Positions 1 to 12,900 of a stretch of DNA of 32,325 bases are shown one piece after another. The stretch comes from Octopus bimaculoides. Its lineage: Eukaryota. A program made the position numbers and the translations under genes. Under the pieces are notes generated by a model, which was not told the origin of the DNA, ran no database searches, and was given only the letters and a program-made list of their open reading frames with translations. The DNA lies in the NCBI RefSeq assembly GCF_001194135.2, contig NC_068993.1, positions 17,848,809 through 17,881,133 of the forward strand. Reading direction: 5' to 3'. Positions within the stretch are counted from its first letter, which is position 1. Each line of letters starts with the position of its first letter.

Positions 1-209
1 CAATTTGATTTTATTTATGTTTCTTAATCAAAATCTTTTAATTGACAATAAACCTATTTGTTAAATACTGTTAAATAAATAAATGTAAAAATATATGTTA
101 TTTTAAGCAAATATTTATGTATAAATTTCATAAGCGTTTATAATGGGGTCCCTAAGGTAAAGCCTGAAATATAAAGGGGTCTGCAAGTCAAAAAGTTTGA
201 AAACCCCTG
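1..209. mobile_element. Right end of a hAT-type MITE
   Basis: Ends ...aaaaagtttgaaaacccctg followed by ctctatag, a typical hAT TIR/8-bp target-site context. The left end is outside the window. Confidence 0.5.
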
Positions 210-218
210 CTCTATAGT

Positions 219-585
219 ATTCTTTTATTTGTTTAAGTCATTTGACTGCAGCCATGGTGGAGCACCACCTTAGAAGGTTTTAGTTGATGAAATCAACCCC
301 AGGACTTATTCTTTGAAACCTAGTACTTATACTATCAGTCTCTTTTGCTGAACCATTAAGTTATGGGGACATAAACACACCAACATTGATTATCAGGTGA
401 TGGTGGGGAAACACACACATATAAGGGGCTTCTTTCAGTTTCCATCTACCAAGTCGTCTCACAAGGCTTTGATTGGCCCGAGGTTATATTAAAAGACACT
501 TGCCCAAGGTGCCCCGCAGCGAGACTAAACCCAGAACCATGTGGTCGGGAAGCAAGCTACTTACCACACAGCCATGCATGCGCCT
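219..585 (-). mobile_element. tRNA-derived SINE (main family), near full length
   Basis: Colinear with the 25396-25803 copy; head, conserved middle and aagtaaaagag-type tail. Confidence 0.8.
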
Positions 586-1284
586 ATATCAAGAATTTAC
601 ATATAATGTAAAAGATAGAATGTGTTTTGAGGGAGATTGGTTGTTATTGCTCTCACATCAAAATACTATATAAAAGCCCTACACCCCTCCCTTTTGGACT
701 CAATTAATTAAGGCAATCTCTTGATTATGAACACCTTTATATCCAACTTACAAACATACAAAATTCTAAAATTGAATTTTATAAAAGCCTACTGCATTAA
801 AAATTATCCTGTAACAATTTTTTTTTTTGTCTTTGGTCAGTAAGTGCTATTTGCTAGTTGCTTCTATCTAAAAATTTTAAAAAATGATTTCTATTCCCTT
901 CAAAATTTGCTTTTTTGACATGGACATTAATGTTTTAAAATTTTCCATTACATTTCAAACGGATTCAGTGCTTGGTTGCTGAAGCAGAAACATCATTATG
1001 GCAAATATTTTGCTCAACACCACAGACTTGCCTGTCAGTTGCTTGACCATAACCCTTAGTGGCTGACAATATGTGCATCGCTGATCATGAGCAGTGGGGG
1101 AGCATCATAACCACTTGTTGAGAGGGATTCTTCAGGATTCTAATAAATGTAGCAAAAGCAAAGTTTGAAAGAAATATTGGCCATTTTTCATACTTTTTAA
1201 GAGTAAGCAACTAGGAAATAACAGTTGCTACCCAAGGACAAAAACACTGTTACTCAGTGTTACATATATTGTTTGTGAATAAAG

Positions 1285-1435
1285 GTTTCAAATTTTGGCA
1301 CAAGGCCTACAAGTTCATGGGAGGGGATCAGTCAATTACATTGACCCCATTGTTCAACTGGTACTTTATCGACCTTAAAAGAATGGAAGGCAAAGTTGAC
1401 CTTGGAAGAATTTGAACTCAGAATGTAAAGACAAC
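1285..1435 (+). mobile_element. Interspersed SINE-like fragment (second family)
   Basis: gaatggaaggcaaagttgaccttggaagaatttgaactcag recurs at about 28660-28800 and 29620-29840. Confidence 0.55.
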
Positions 1436-1439
1436 CACC

Positions 1440-1950
1440 ACTCCCGAGTACTCAATCTCAGGGCTTCTTCCATCAATATTGGAACAAGGAAAAGAAGGAG
1501 TGGGGAGATTATTGAAATGTTGGAGCAATGCCATGTTGATGTGTGTGGTTTGCAAGAAGTAGGATGGAGGAGAGCCTCAGCTAGATTCCTCACAGGTAAG
1601 AGACAGAGATTCAAATTCTTCTGGGTCGGCAGGAGGGATGGAGTAGGTGATGTAGGAATGAAGTGCAGTAAAGTGGGTAGATGAGATAATTGAGGTAGTC
1701 AGAGTATGTGATAGGGTAATTAAGATGAGACTTATCATAGATAAATTAACAGTTACATTTATCTCTACCTATGCTCCTCAGTCTGGGCTGACTGTTGAGC
1801 AGAATGACTAATTCTATCCGATCCTTTTGCAGACCACCTCAACAACAAATGACAGAGACTTTGTTATTGTGGCTGGTGACTTCAATGGACATTTTTGGAC
1901 AGCATCCCCATGGATTCCAGAGAGTGCATGGAAGCTATGGCTTTGTATAT
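1440..1950 (+). mobile_element. RTE-clade LINE, AP-endonuclease domain fragment (frameshifted)
   Basis: INIGT..., VDVCGLQEVGW, TYAPQ and VIVAGDFNGH motifs across frames; runs into an N-gap. Confidence 0.85.
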
Positions 1951-2174
1951 NNNNNNNNNNNNNNNNNNNNNNNNNNNNNNNNNNNNNNNNNNNNNNNNNN
2001 NNNNNNNNNNNNNNNNNNNNNNNNNNNNNNNNNNNNNNNNNNNNNNNNNNCCACACAGTGGGACTGAACCCGCAACCATGTGGTTGGTAAGCAAGCTACT
2101 CATCACACAGCCACTCCTGCGCCTATACCTACTTTGTTTGAACAATTCCAGTTTTTTTTTTAGTGTCCTTGGGT

Positions 2175-2731
2175 AAGGATCATGCAACATGGTAGATGTC
2201 GACAACCACTATATGATATTTCTCAATGATCTCCCGAAAACCAACAACTCTCTAGAAGAGTGGCACTATGCCTTTAGTAGAAGAGTTAACGTCCATCACC
2301 ATAACATCCAAATTAATTGAGAAGCTTAGGGTAGAACATTTACACACCGAAATGGTAAAAGAACAGGCCATATCAGGGGTTGAAGTGGCAAGGAAAAGCA
2401 AAAAGTACATTTGCCTTTAGGAAAGACTTAAATTACTGTTCTGAATTACGACAATGAAGCTGGGCTGGAATTTTTAAGGGATGTGCCCATAACTATATAT
2501 ATATCTTTATTTCTATTTGTAAAACTAACAAAACTTTTTGTGCTTTTTTTATATCAATCTATTGAACGTAATATCTTTTTATACATAAATTGTTTTTATT
2601 TGTAAGTTTAATAAAACTTTTTCATAATTTTTACTTTGTTTTTAAAAAATGTTGATATGTCCTTTCGGCAAATTATCCAATCAGTCAATTGTCCTGTTTG
2701 TAAGTTGACTATCGGCGAATTGTCTGTCTAC
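2175..2731 (+). mobile_element. Mutator-like (MULE) transposon 3' relic
   Basis: LPKTNNSLEEWHYAF...SKLIEKLRVEH...KSKKY..L*ERLK...NYDN..GLEFLR resembles a MULE transposase C-terminus. The end has cggcaaattatcc/cggcgaattgtc TIR sub-repeats. Confidence 0.7.
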
Positions 2732-2867
2732 TACATAAACAGCCAAATTCATTTTCTATGTTTAGATTATTGACAAATGTCTCATGACTTGCAGTCTTCT
2801 CAACAATTTATTTTCTGAAACTCTAAGTATTATATATTATATAATACTGTATCTTCATTAATATATA

Positions 2868-3226
2868 AGTGCAGGCATGGCTGTGTGGTAAGAAGTTTGC
2901 TTCCCAACCACATGGCTCTGGGTTCAGTTCCACTGCATGGCACGTTGGGCAAGTGTCTTCAACTATAGCCTCAGGCCAACCAAAGCCTTGTGAGTGGATT
3001 TGGTAAATGGAAACTGGAAGAAGTGTGTGTGTGTGTGTAGATGTTCCTCACCACCATTTGACAACTGGTGGTGTGTTTATGCCCCCTGTAACTTAGCAGT
3101 TTGGCAAAAATGACTGATAGAATAAGTATCAGTCTTAAAAAAAAATAAGTACTAGGGTTGATTCATTTGGCAGTGCCCCAGCATGGCTGTAGTCTAATGA
3201 CTGAAACAAGTAAAAGATAAAAGAAG
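2868..3226 (+). mobile_element. tRNA-derived SINE (main family), full length
   Basis: A-box tggctgtgtgg, B-box ggttcagttcc, internal (GT)n, 3' aagtaaaagataaaag. Confidence 0.85.
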
Positions 3227-4034
3227 AATATATTAATCATGCACTTAACCCCCCCCCCCCAAAAAAAACATGTTTTTTTAAAACAAATGTAGAGATGTAA
3301 GATGGCCAAGTGCTCAAAGTACTGGACTATTTGTTTCATGGGTTGTGAGTCTAAATCTCTTGCAATCATTTCGTAGTCTCTCAACTTGTTTCACTTCACC
3401 TAGCAAATGCAAATAAATCTTAGATCATTTAAGACTGTTTTTTTTTTTTATGATTCATTCAAAGAATGAAGAACAGAATGCATGGCTATTGATCTCTGTA
3501 AGGTCTCAGAGAGAGAGGGGGGAGAGGTGGAGAAGGGGAGAGAGAGAAGTAGCACCTCAAGATACTGCATTATCTATTCTCAGACCAGTTCTCTTGTCTA
3601 AATCCTACTAAAGGTTTAGCGAAGGGATGGTGTTAAAACAAACAATGAGCCAAGAATATTCATCAAGAAATATACTTTGGGATAGACTGATACCCTACAT
3701 AGAGAGGCTTCTATTCTTGTTCCTGAAACACCATGAAACTAGAGCAAAACACGAATCTTGAGATATATTTTTGTATGTTAGCTGACACTTATATTTGCAT
3801 TACTCCTTTATATTATAGAGAAATACTTCCTGGTCATCTTAATCATTCATTTCATTTCTAGTTATTGGAAATAATAATAAGTCTTTGATTTTCTTCTTAG
3901 ATTAACATTCAGAAACTTCTGTCTGCACTCCCATAGACATTAAAATCCAAAGTAATGATTAAATAACTTATAATTATATAGCAGCAGCAGCAGCAAATAA
4001 AAAAGTACAGGAAAGTAAAAGTAAATTAACTTAC

Positions 4035-4074
4035 AGGATATTCAAATGGCATCTTATCAACAGACTTTTTGGAC
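4035..4074 (-). CDS. 40-nt juxtamembrane exon ([14 protein letters not shown]), phase 2->0, Box1-like position
   Basis: Acceptor ctttctggttttcag|G and donor CCT|gtaagt. The phase continues the TM exon (CG|G = Arg). Confidence 0.8.
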
Positions 4075-5217
4075 CTGAAAACCAGAAAGTGATAAGTTTA
4101 ATGAATTAAAAAGCTGAAAGTAAGTAGACTAATGTTTCAACTGGAATTAAATACTTTTAGACAAGTTGCTAGCATTAATATATAAATACTAGTTGGGTAT
4201 TTCACTGCTGGGCAATTTTCTTAATAGAATACTTATTACAATTTTTTGTTCTGTGTTAGACCATATCTTCTCCAGTGGATAGGATTCTTGATCAGGAGAG
4301 ATCTCTGCATTATTTGGGACAATTTATAACGTATTGATGAAATATGTTTTTGCTTTTTCTATTTGGTGCAAAGATGTAAAGATTTTTCTTAGCTTGCTAC
4401 TAATGCATTGTGAGGGTCTTTTGACTCTGTTGCCCTAATGAAATTCCTTATAGACATGCACACACACATACCGTGTGAGCGATGTAAAATTTATCTGATG
4501 CAAATTATGGACACATAAGAGGTGCAGCAATATCTAAGGAAGGTTAAGAGAGCAGATGTATAGGTACAATAAGCACTAGAAATATACAGAAAATAGATTG
4601 CATCAAATACTAGATGGGGGGGGGGGGTATGCCTAGAAATAGTTGTTAAATGATGATGTGTATATGTATATATATGTATGCATGTATGTCTCACTCTCTC
4701 TACACACACATATATATATATATATATATANNNNNNNNNNTAAAAAAGGGTTTTGTATGATCGTGTATAGAGGAATATATTATTTAAAAGAGTTCCAACT
4801 CTGTCTGTTTTTTATGTTTTATTTATATTCTTATAAAATTAATGCGGGATATAGAATATGGAATATATAATATAAATAGTAAAATGAAATGAAGTATTGA
4901 ATGTCTTATTGAATATAAGAAATATTGAGTATTAAATATATAAGGACTAGTATACTTTCATGCCTCATGGCATTCATCAAGGTCCCGTCTGACAGATGTA
5001 CTGTCAGTACATCTGACTTGTATACTTTCATGAGGCATGAAAGTATACTAGTCCTTATATATTTAATACTCAATATTTCATATTTTCAATAAGACATTCA
5101 ATACTTCATTTCATTTTACTATTTATATTATATATTCCATATTCTATATCCCGCATTAATTTTATAAGAATATAAATAAAGCATAAAAAACAGACAAAGT
5201 TGGAATACTTTTAAATA

Positions 5218-5265
<48 letters not shown>

Positions 5266-8200
5266 ACACACATACACGACAGGCTTCTTTCAGGTTCAAA
5301 TCCACTCATAAGGCTTTAGTTGGCCCAGGACTATAATAGAACACACTTGCCCAAGGTGTAACACAGTGGGACTGAGTTCAGAACCTTGTAGTTGGAAAGA
5401 AAACTTCTCACCTCACAGTCATGCCCACATCTATATGATAATGATGATGATGCTGATTTTCAAGAGCACTACAAAAAAAAAATCTACAACAGTTGTCACT
5501 CACAAGTGAGTATGACTTGTAGAATGTATCATGCTTTTGATAATCATTTTATGTGCCTTCACAGCTGCAAGCAGCCATGGACATTCTCTTGGCTCTCTCA
5601 CCGTGTAACCTAGCAGAACATCCAGGATGTGACAGCTGAAGGATATGATAACTGTGCCAGCACTTGGCTTGTACTCATTTAGTTAAGTGAGGTGGAGCTA
5701 CATGAAGTGAAGTGTCTTACTGAAGGACACAATGCATCATGTTCTAGGAATCGGATCCATGACTTTATAATTGTGAACATAATGCCCAAACCATTTGGCC
5801 AAGGGTCTTACGAGAGCAATCATTACTGTAAATAAAGTATGTGTCTGACTTCAATACCTCGAATCATTCATGGTGAGCTCAGAGAAAAACAAAGGGCATA
5901 GAGGCCTTGCTTGAAAAGCATTCAGTGATATGAAGAATATCAAAATATCCAGCCTTTTTAGACATAAATCTCTATGAGTATGAAACTTGGAATTTTACTA
6001 GTCCCTCAATGGCTATTGTTTTCAGATGCTCCAGATAACCTTCAGTGTTTGCTGGATGCAGAAAGTGACCAATGAAGAATCTATGCTGATCTTCCCCAGT
6101 TTATAGCAGGAAGATTTAAGAAGGTGACAGTAACTTGCTGAGTATTGTCTGAGACACCTAAAGTGTGTTGCCTGCCAGCCAAGACATTATCAGGAAATGC
6201 TCAACTCATGTGATGATGGATCATCAAGTCTTCTAAGACTCTGGTGGAGTACATTGGTACTATGATAGCTGAACACAAGACACTGATGATGGAATGGGAT
6301 ATGTGGCATATCTGTCATCATGATCAATACAAATGGAAGTTGTAGTTGACAGAGGATGTGGATAAATGATGAAATATCTTAGATGATTAAACAATAAACC
6401 CACATGCATCTCTATCAAAGCATCAGTGTTAAAATTTCTCTGTAAATTTCATTTAGCTAACCATAAAATGTACATTTATAACATATTTCTCTTAAAGAGG
6501 TTAAAGTAGCTGACCACACTAAGAAATTATTTACTAGTTGATTTCAGTTATCTGTTATTTAAAAAAAAAAAAACATAAGTAAGAGAAACAAAAAATATTG
6601 ATTCCATACCGTTTCACATAGGAAAACACAACCACCAAAATAATCAGTATAATAACTAGAGAGCCGATAATGCTCAAAACGACACCTGGAAAAAAAATGG
6701 TAAAGAAATTAATAAAATCACAATGGCGAAAGTGTGAATGAATGAACGAGCCCATTCATCTTTCTACTCACCTATCCATCCATCCATCCACTCATTCAAC
6801 TAACCATTTAATCAATCAGTTATCATTTAATGTCCATTTTTATGCTACATCAAGTGGACAGTTCAGCAGGATCCATCTAGCCTGAGAGATGTGTTTACCT
6901 CCAGTGCTTGCCTTGGCTAGGTTTCTGTGACTGGATGTCCTTCCTCACACCAGCTACTTTACAGAGTGTATTGGGTGCATATTTTGTGACACCAGCACCA
7001 GTGGGATTATTGAGAAATATGCAAGACAAGACCCCTTCATAGAGAGACAGGCTGAACTGGAAATAGTGTCTTGCTATAGAAAAGATACATTCTTTTTCTT
7101 TGTTGTGTATCCAGCAGGAAAGAAAGGATGGTGGAAATAAGGCAGCAGAATGTACTTGCAAGGTAAAAGAAGGTGGATAAAGAGAGTAGGAGTAGAGAAT
7201 CAGGGATGGAAGTATGGGGAGGTAGAGGGGATTAGGTAAAGTGTGTGTGGAAGTGAGGGACACAGACCAAATGTACACAGAGCTAGATATAGTGAGTTAC
7301 AAGAATGGGTGTTGATAGCAGAGGTGACAGAATGTTTAGTGGGACTGAGTTTAGTTATATATATATATATGTAAATATATAAAAACAAAAGGATAAAGAG
7401 AGCAAAGGCAAGGTTGAAGAATTTTATGGATAGAGTCTTACAGCTGTTTCTGGGAAGATCCAGTACTTCCCTTCATCGGAGACAGAAAAAATAAAGTTAT
7501 CTATTATTATATCCATAGGCGGATATTTTTAGTATGAAGTGGTNNNNNNNNNNGGGATTAGGTAAAGTGTGTGTGGAAGTGAGGGACACAGACCAAATGT
7601 ACACAGAGCTAGATATAGTGAGTTACAAGAATGGGTGTTGATAGCAGAGGTGACAGAATGTTTAGTGGGACTGAGTTTAGTTATATATATATATATAAAT
7701 AAATATAATGAAAATGAAAAAATACATATTAAGTACAAGACATCACCAACGAGTAAAAAATACGTAAAAACACAAGAGAAGGGAGAAGGAAAGAAAGAGA
7801 GTGAAAGACAGACAGATGGGGTACAGCAAAGGAGAGGGAGAAACAGAAATATAAAGGATTATAGTGGGATAGAGAGAGAGAGAGAGAGAGAGAGAAAGAA
7901 AACAGGCAGAGAACAGAGTCACAGAAATTATATATAAATGTAAAAACTTACTGCTGGCAAAGGCTGTGTGGTGTTCAATTATTAAATAGAAATGAAAAAA
8001 TACACATTAAGTACATGATATCACCAACAAGCCAAAAAAATGTAAACACAATGAGAAGACAAGTACAGGACAAAATACCACACAGGGTGCAGTGAACAAA
8101 TTGTCTGAATTAAGGAAAAATCAAAATAACATCTCATTTTAATGGATATATTTACCGAAATTATATAAACATATCTTGAAATATTAGAGTAAATTTATTC

Positions 8201-9447
8201 CTTAAAATTGCTACTGACTTCAACCATGGCCTCCAAATGACTTTGGAATCTCCTGTAACTCTTCTAGATGGTCTTCTTGTTTAACTTGGTGAACACTGCC
8301 ATAATCCTTGCCTTCAGGTCATCTTTGGTGTTACAAGGAGCTTTATTGGTCTCTTGCTCAACTGCACCCCACACATAATAATCAAGGGGGTTGCAGTGTT
8401 GGGAGTTAGGTAGTCAGATGTTAGGGGTGATATGGTCACAGAAATTATCTGACAACCATGACTGGGTTCTCCTGCTTGTGTGGCATGGCGCAGAGTCCTG
8501 TTGCCAGACATAGGGTCTTCCAGCAGCCACTCACTTGACCCAGGGCAGTACTACCTCCTCCAGGCACTTGATGTAGGCCGCCATGTTGAGTCTGAGGCCA
8601 TGTAGGAAGATGGATGGAAGCATGACATCGTCATCACTAGTGATCACTCCAAACACCATGATGTTGACTGGATGTTTGATTTTTATCACTCTTGCTACAT
8701 GTTTTGGGGACACAACAAGCCAACAGTTGTTCTGTGTGTTCACCATCTGTTCGTATTGTAGCTTCTGGTGCAAATAAATGCTAGGCAGTACAGCATGTTG
8801 CTTCTGAATCTCTGGCAGAGTGGATTGCGTCATGGTGCTGTTTTTCTCACAGATGGTGCCCAACTGACCCTATTATACATGGAAGTCAGTCAAGCGGCAC
8901 TGGCAACAACCATGCTCGAATGGTGCTTTTTACATGTCACTGGCACGAGAGCCAGCCAGGCAGCATTGGCATCAACCATGACAATGATTTAACTTGACTC
9001 AGCAGGTTTTCTCAAGCACAGTATATTGCCCCATGATTGAAGGGTATTCTTAAATGGGGCCAGTTATGCGACACTGGCATAAGCTACAGTTATAGTCTCA
9101 CCTGACTTGGCAGGTCTTCACATGCACAGCATATCTCCAAAGGTCTCGGTCACCTGTCATTGCCTCTGTGAGGCCCAATGTTCAGAGCTTCACCATCTCA
9201 TCCCAGGTCTACCTCTTCCACAGGTTCCCTCCACTGTTAGGGTGTGACACTTTTTTTTCACACAGCTGTCCTTATCCATATGCAACCCATGACTATACCA
9301 GCACAGTCATTTCTCTTGCACACCACATCTGATGCGTCTTATGTCTAACTTTTCTCTCAGAGTGCTTACACTCTGTTGTGTATACACACTGACATTACAC
9401 ATCCAGTAGAGCATACTAGCTTCATTTCTTGCAAGCTTACGCATATC

Positions 9448-9491
<44 letters not shown>

Positions 9492-9912
9492 GTGAGAATT
9501 TACAAAAAAAAAACAAAAGATGAAGACGGGTGTGTAAACAGCAAACAGATGTATTAGTTTAATGTTCAGGAAGTGAAAAACCCTTTTACATTTTGAGCCT
9601 ATGCTATTCGACAGAAAGGAACACAGAAATAGACAGGAAGAGAAAGTAAAAATGGTTTAGTGGCTAGCAATCTATCATGGCGAATGCCGGGCAGAGGGGT
9701 CACACATACACACACACAGATATATATATATATATATATAAATATATCAGGAGATAGATAGGTCCAGTCTTTGGGGTTACCCTGGATTCCACGTCCATAA
9801 AGTGCTTAGCTTCACAGCATTTCTTCAGACCCTCCCTAGGCTTATATACTCTACTACTATGTAACTTAGAGTGTGCTTCTTTTTGGGACTTATAATTTAC
9901 TGATGATGATGA

Positions 9913-9971
<59 letters not shown>

Positions 9972-12900
9972 TACTTAATAGTGTAGGTTATGGGCTAGTC
10001 ACTCATACAGTTAACCAGGCATTGCATGAAGGAGTCATATCCAATGACTGGTGCAGCATCACCATAGTCAACTGCTACAAAGGTAAAGGCGATGCCTTAG
10101 AAAGAAATAATTACACCGGTATCAAATTGTTGGATCAGATGATGAAAATCCTGAAGAGAGCCATAGCACAACTAATTAAGGAGAGAGTTAATCTACATAA
10201 GATGTAGTTTGGTTTTGTGCCAGGGAGAAGAATCACTGATGCTATATTTCTGGTAAAGCAGTGGCAGGAGAAATACATTGACAAAGATAAATCACTGTAT
10301 TTGGCTTTTGTTGGCATGGAGAAAGCCTTTGACAGGGTCCCTGGTACCTTATCTGGTAGTCAATGTGGAAACTAGGGATAGATGAGTGGTTAGTGAGAGC
10401 TGTACAAGCCATGTACAGGGATGCTGTCAGTAAGGTGAGGGTTGGCAATGAGTATAGAGAAGAATTTAGGGTACAAGTAGGGGTTCACCAAGGATCAGTC
10501 CTCAGTCCCCTCTTGTTCATTGTAGTCCTCCAGGCAAAAACAGAGGAATTCAAGATAGGCTGGGAGCTCCTCTGTGCTGATGACCTTGTTCTTATAGCTG
10601 AATTACCAGAACTAGAGAAGAAGTTTCAGGTGTGGAAGCAAGGTCTAGAATTGAAGGGTCTTATAGTTAATCTAGCAAAAACCAAAGTTTTAGTAAGTAG
10701 GAAAGCAGACAAATTACAAATATGGGTGTGGACAGTTGTGTGAAGAAGTGCCAATCTCTACCAGTGGAAGGAAGCTGTGGAAGAGCTAGACAAGGTGGTG
10801 AAGCATGATCTTTAAATGTTGGGCCTCACAGTGGCAATGACTAGTGACCAGGATCTTTGGTGATATGCTGCGCTTGAGAAGACTCGTCAAGTCAAGTGAA
10901 ATCATAGTTGTGGTCAATTTTGGTGTCATGTAACTGGCACCTGTGCTGGTGGCATGTAAAAATCACCCTTCAAACGTTGAGCCTCATGGAGGCAATGTGG
11001 CCATTGCTAATGTCACGTAACTAGAACCCATGCCAGTGGCACCTAGAAAGCACCTTTTGAGTACTGGGCCTCATGGAGGCAATAACAAATGACCAAGACC
11101 TTTGTCAAACCATCCAACTCATGCCAGCATGGACAACAGATGCTAAATGATGATGATAAATATTTTATATATATATATATATATATATACACTGGGCAAA
11201 GTTTAGAGAGCTCTTACCCCTGCTGGCGACAAAGGGACTCTCACTCAGAGTAAAAGGCAGACTGTATGACGCATGCGTACGAACAACCATGCTACATGGC
11301 AGTGAAACATGGGCTGTAACTGCTGAGGACATACGTAAGCTCGCAAGGAATGAAGCCAGTATGCTCCGTTGGATGTGTAATGTCAATGTGAATACCCGTC
11401 AGAGTGTAAGTATCTTNNNNNNNNNNNNNNNNNNNNNNNNNNNNNNNNNNNNNNNNNNNNNNNNNNNNNNNNNNNNNNNNNNNNNNNNNNNNNNNNNNNN
11501 NNNNNNNNNNNNNNNNNNNNNNNNNNNNNNNNNNNNNNNNNNNNNNNNNNNNNNNNNNNNNNNNNNNNNNNNNNNNNNNNNNNNNNNNNNNNNNNNNNNN
11601 NNNNNNNNNNNNNNNNNNNNNNNNNNNNNNNNNNNNNNNNNNNNNNNNNNNNNNNNNNNNNNNNNNNNNNNNNNNNNNNNNNNNNNNNNNNNNNNNNNNN
11701 NNNNNNNNNNNNNNNNNNNNNNNNNNNNNNNNNNNNNNNNNNNNNNNNNNNNNNNNNNNNNNNNNNNNNNNNNNNNNNNNNNNNNNNNNNNNNNNNNNNN
11801 NNNNNNNNNNNNNNNNNNNNNNNNNNNNNNNNNNNNNNCGAGCGTGGCCGTTTTCGTGCGGGTGACACGTAAAAGCACCCACTACACTCTCTGAGTGGTT
11901 GGCGTTAGGAAGGGCATCCAGCTGTAGAAACTCTGCCAAATCAGACTGGAGCCTGGTGTTGCCATCCGGTTTCACCAGTCCTCAGTCAAATCGTCCAACC
12001 CATGCTAGCATGGAAAGCGGACGTTAAACGATGATGATGATGATGATGATGATGAAAAGCAGATCTGGAGAAATGTTAGGACAGAAGCTAGGAGATGTGA
12101 ACTATGCAGTAAGAGGGAGAGACACTCAACCAGACCTTGCACATCCAAGGGTAAGGAACGCAAGTACAGATTCTGAGTGAGTAACAGCACTGGAGTTTGA
12201 TGAAGCAATCATATTGTTAGCAGAGAAATGGATAAAATAATGCTATCAGTACAAACAGATCAGCAAAATGACCATTTCCATGAGATACTAATGCAGACTA
12301 CCTCAATATTAATCATCAACCTCATTATCATTAGTGATAACTTTATGAGCAAGTTGGTTGATACTATGATGGTTAATCTAATGTTTATGATGAATATGTT
12401 CATGGCACATGAATGAAGATGAATCAAAACTGTTATAGCTCTGCAATGCAAACGGCTTCAGGAAACTGGCCAACCACCAGAGTACCTATGAACCAGGTGC
12501 ATGTGCTAGTCAGATAGACTCCACACACACCAGGGAACAAAGCAGACAGTTCTGCATACTAAATATTTCCTTGGAGAGATGTTGACATTCTTTGTTGGCA
12601 TTACAAGAAGTTGCACTGCAATTCCAAAGATGTTTGTATAAAAGAAAATCTCTCACTTGAAAAACGAGTAAAAGTTGGTGACACAAAGACCACCCAATTG
12701 CAAAATTTTCCTTAAATAACTCCCAGTCCAAATCTATACTAGCATGGAAAAATAGACATTAAATAAAGTGTATCAAAGTCCTAAATAACTAATGTTTCTT
12801 TTCAACTTTTATTTTTAACCCTTGAGCATTCACATTACTCTATAATATTGTAGCTTTGAGATTTCAATTATTTATAGAATGACATTGTAGGTTAGGTGTG

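Noticed and set aside
2868-2945. tRNA-like A/B boxes (here and in other SINE heads) as tRNA genes
   Set aside because: No cloverleaf or acceptor stem; each continues into a SINE body.
3615-3740. Possible next cytoplasmic exon (ctag|FHGVSGTRIEASLCR... or tttcag|EQE*)
   Set aside because: Competing weak acceptors and no recognisable motif; cannot choose one without transcripts.
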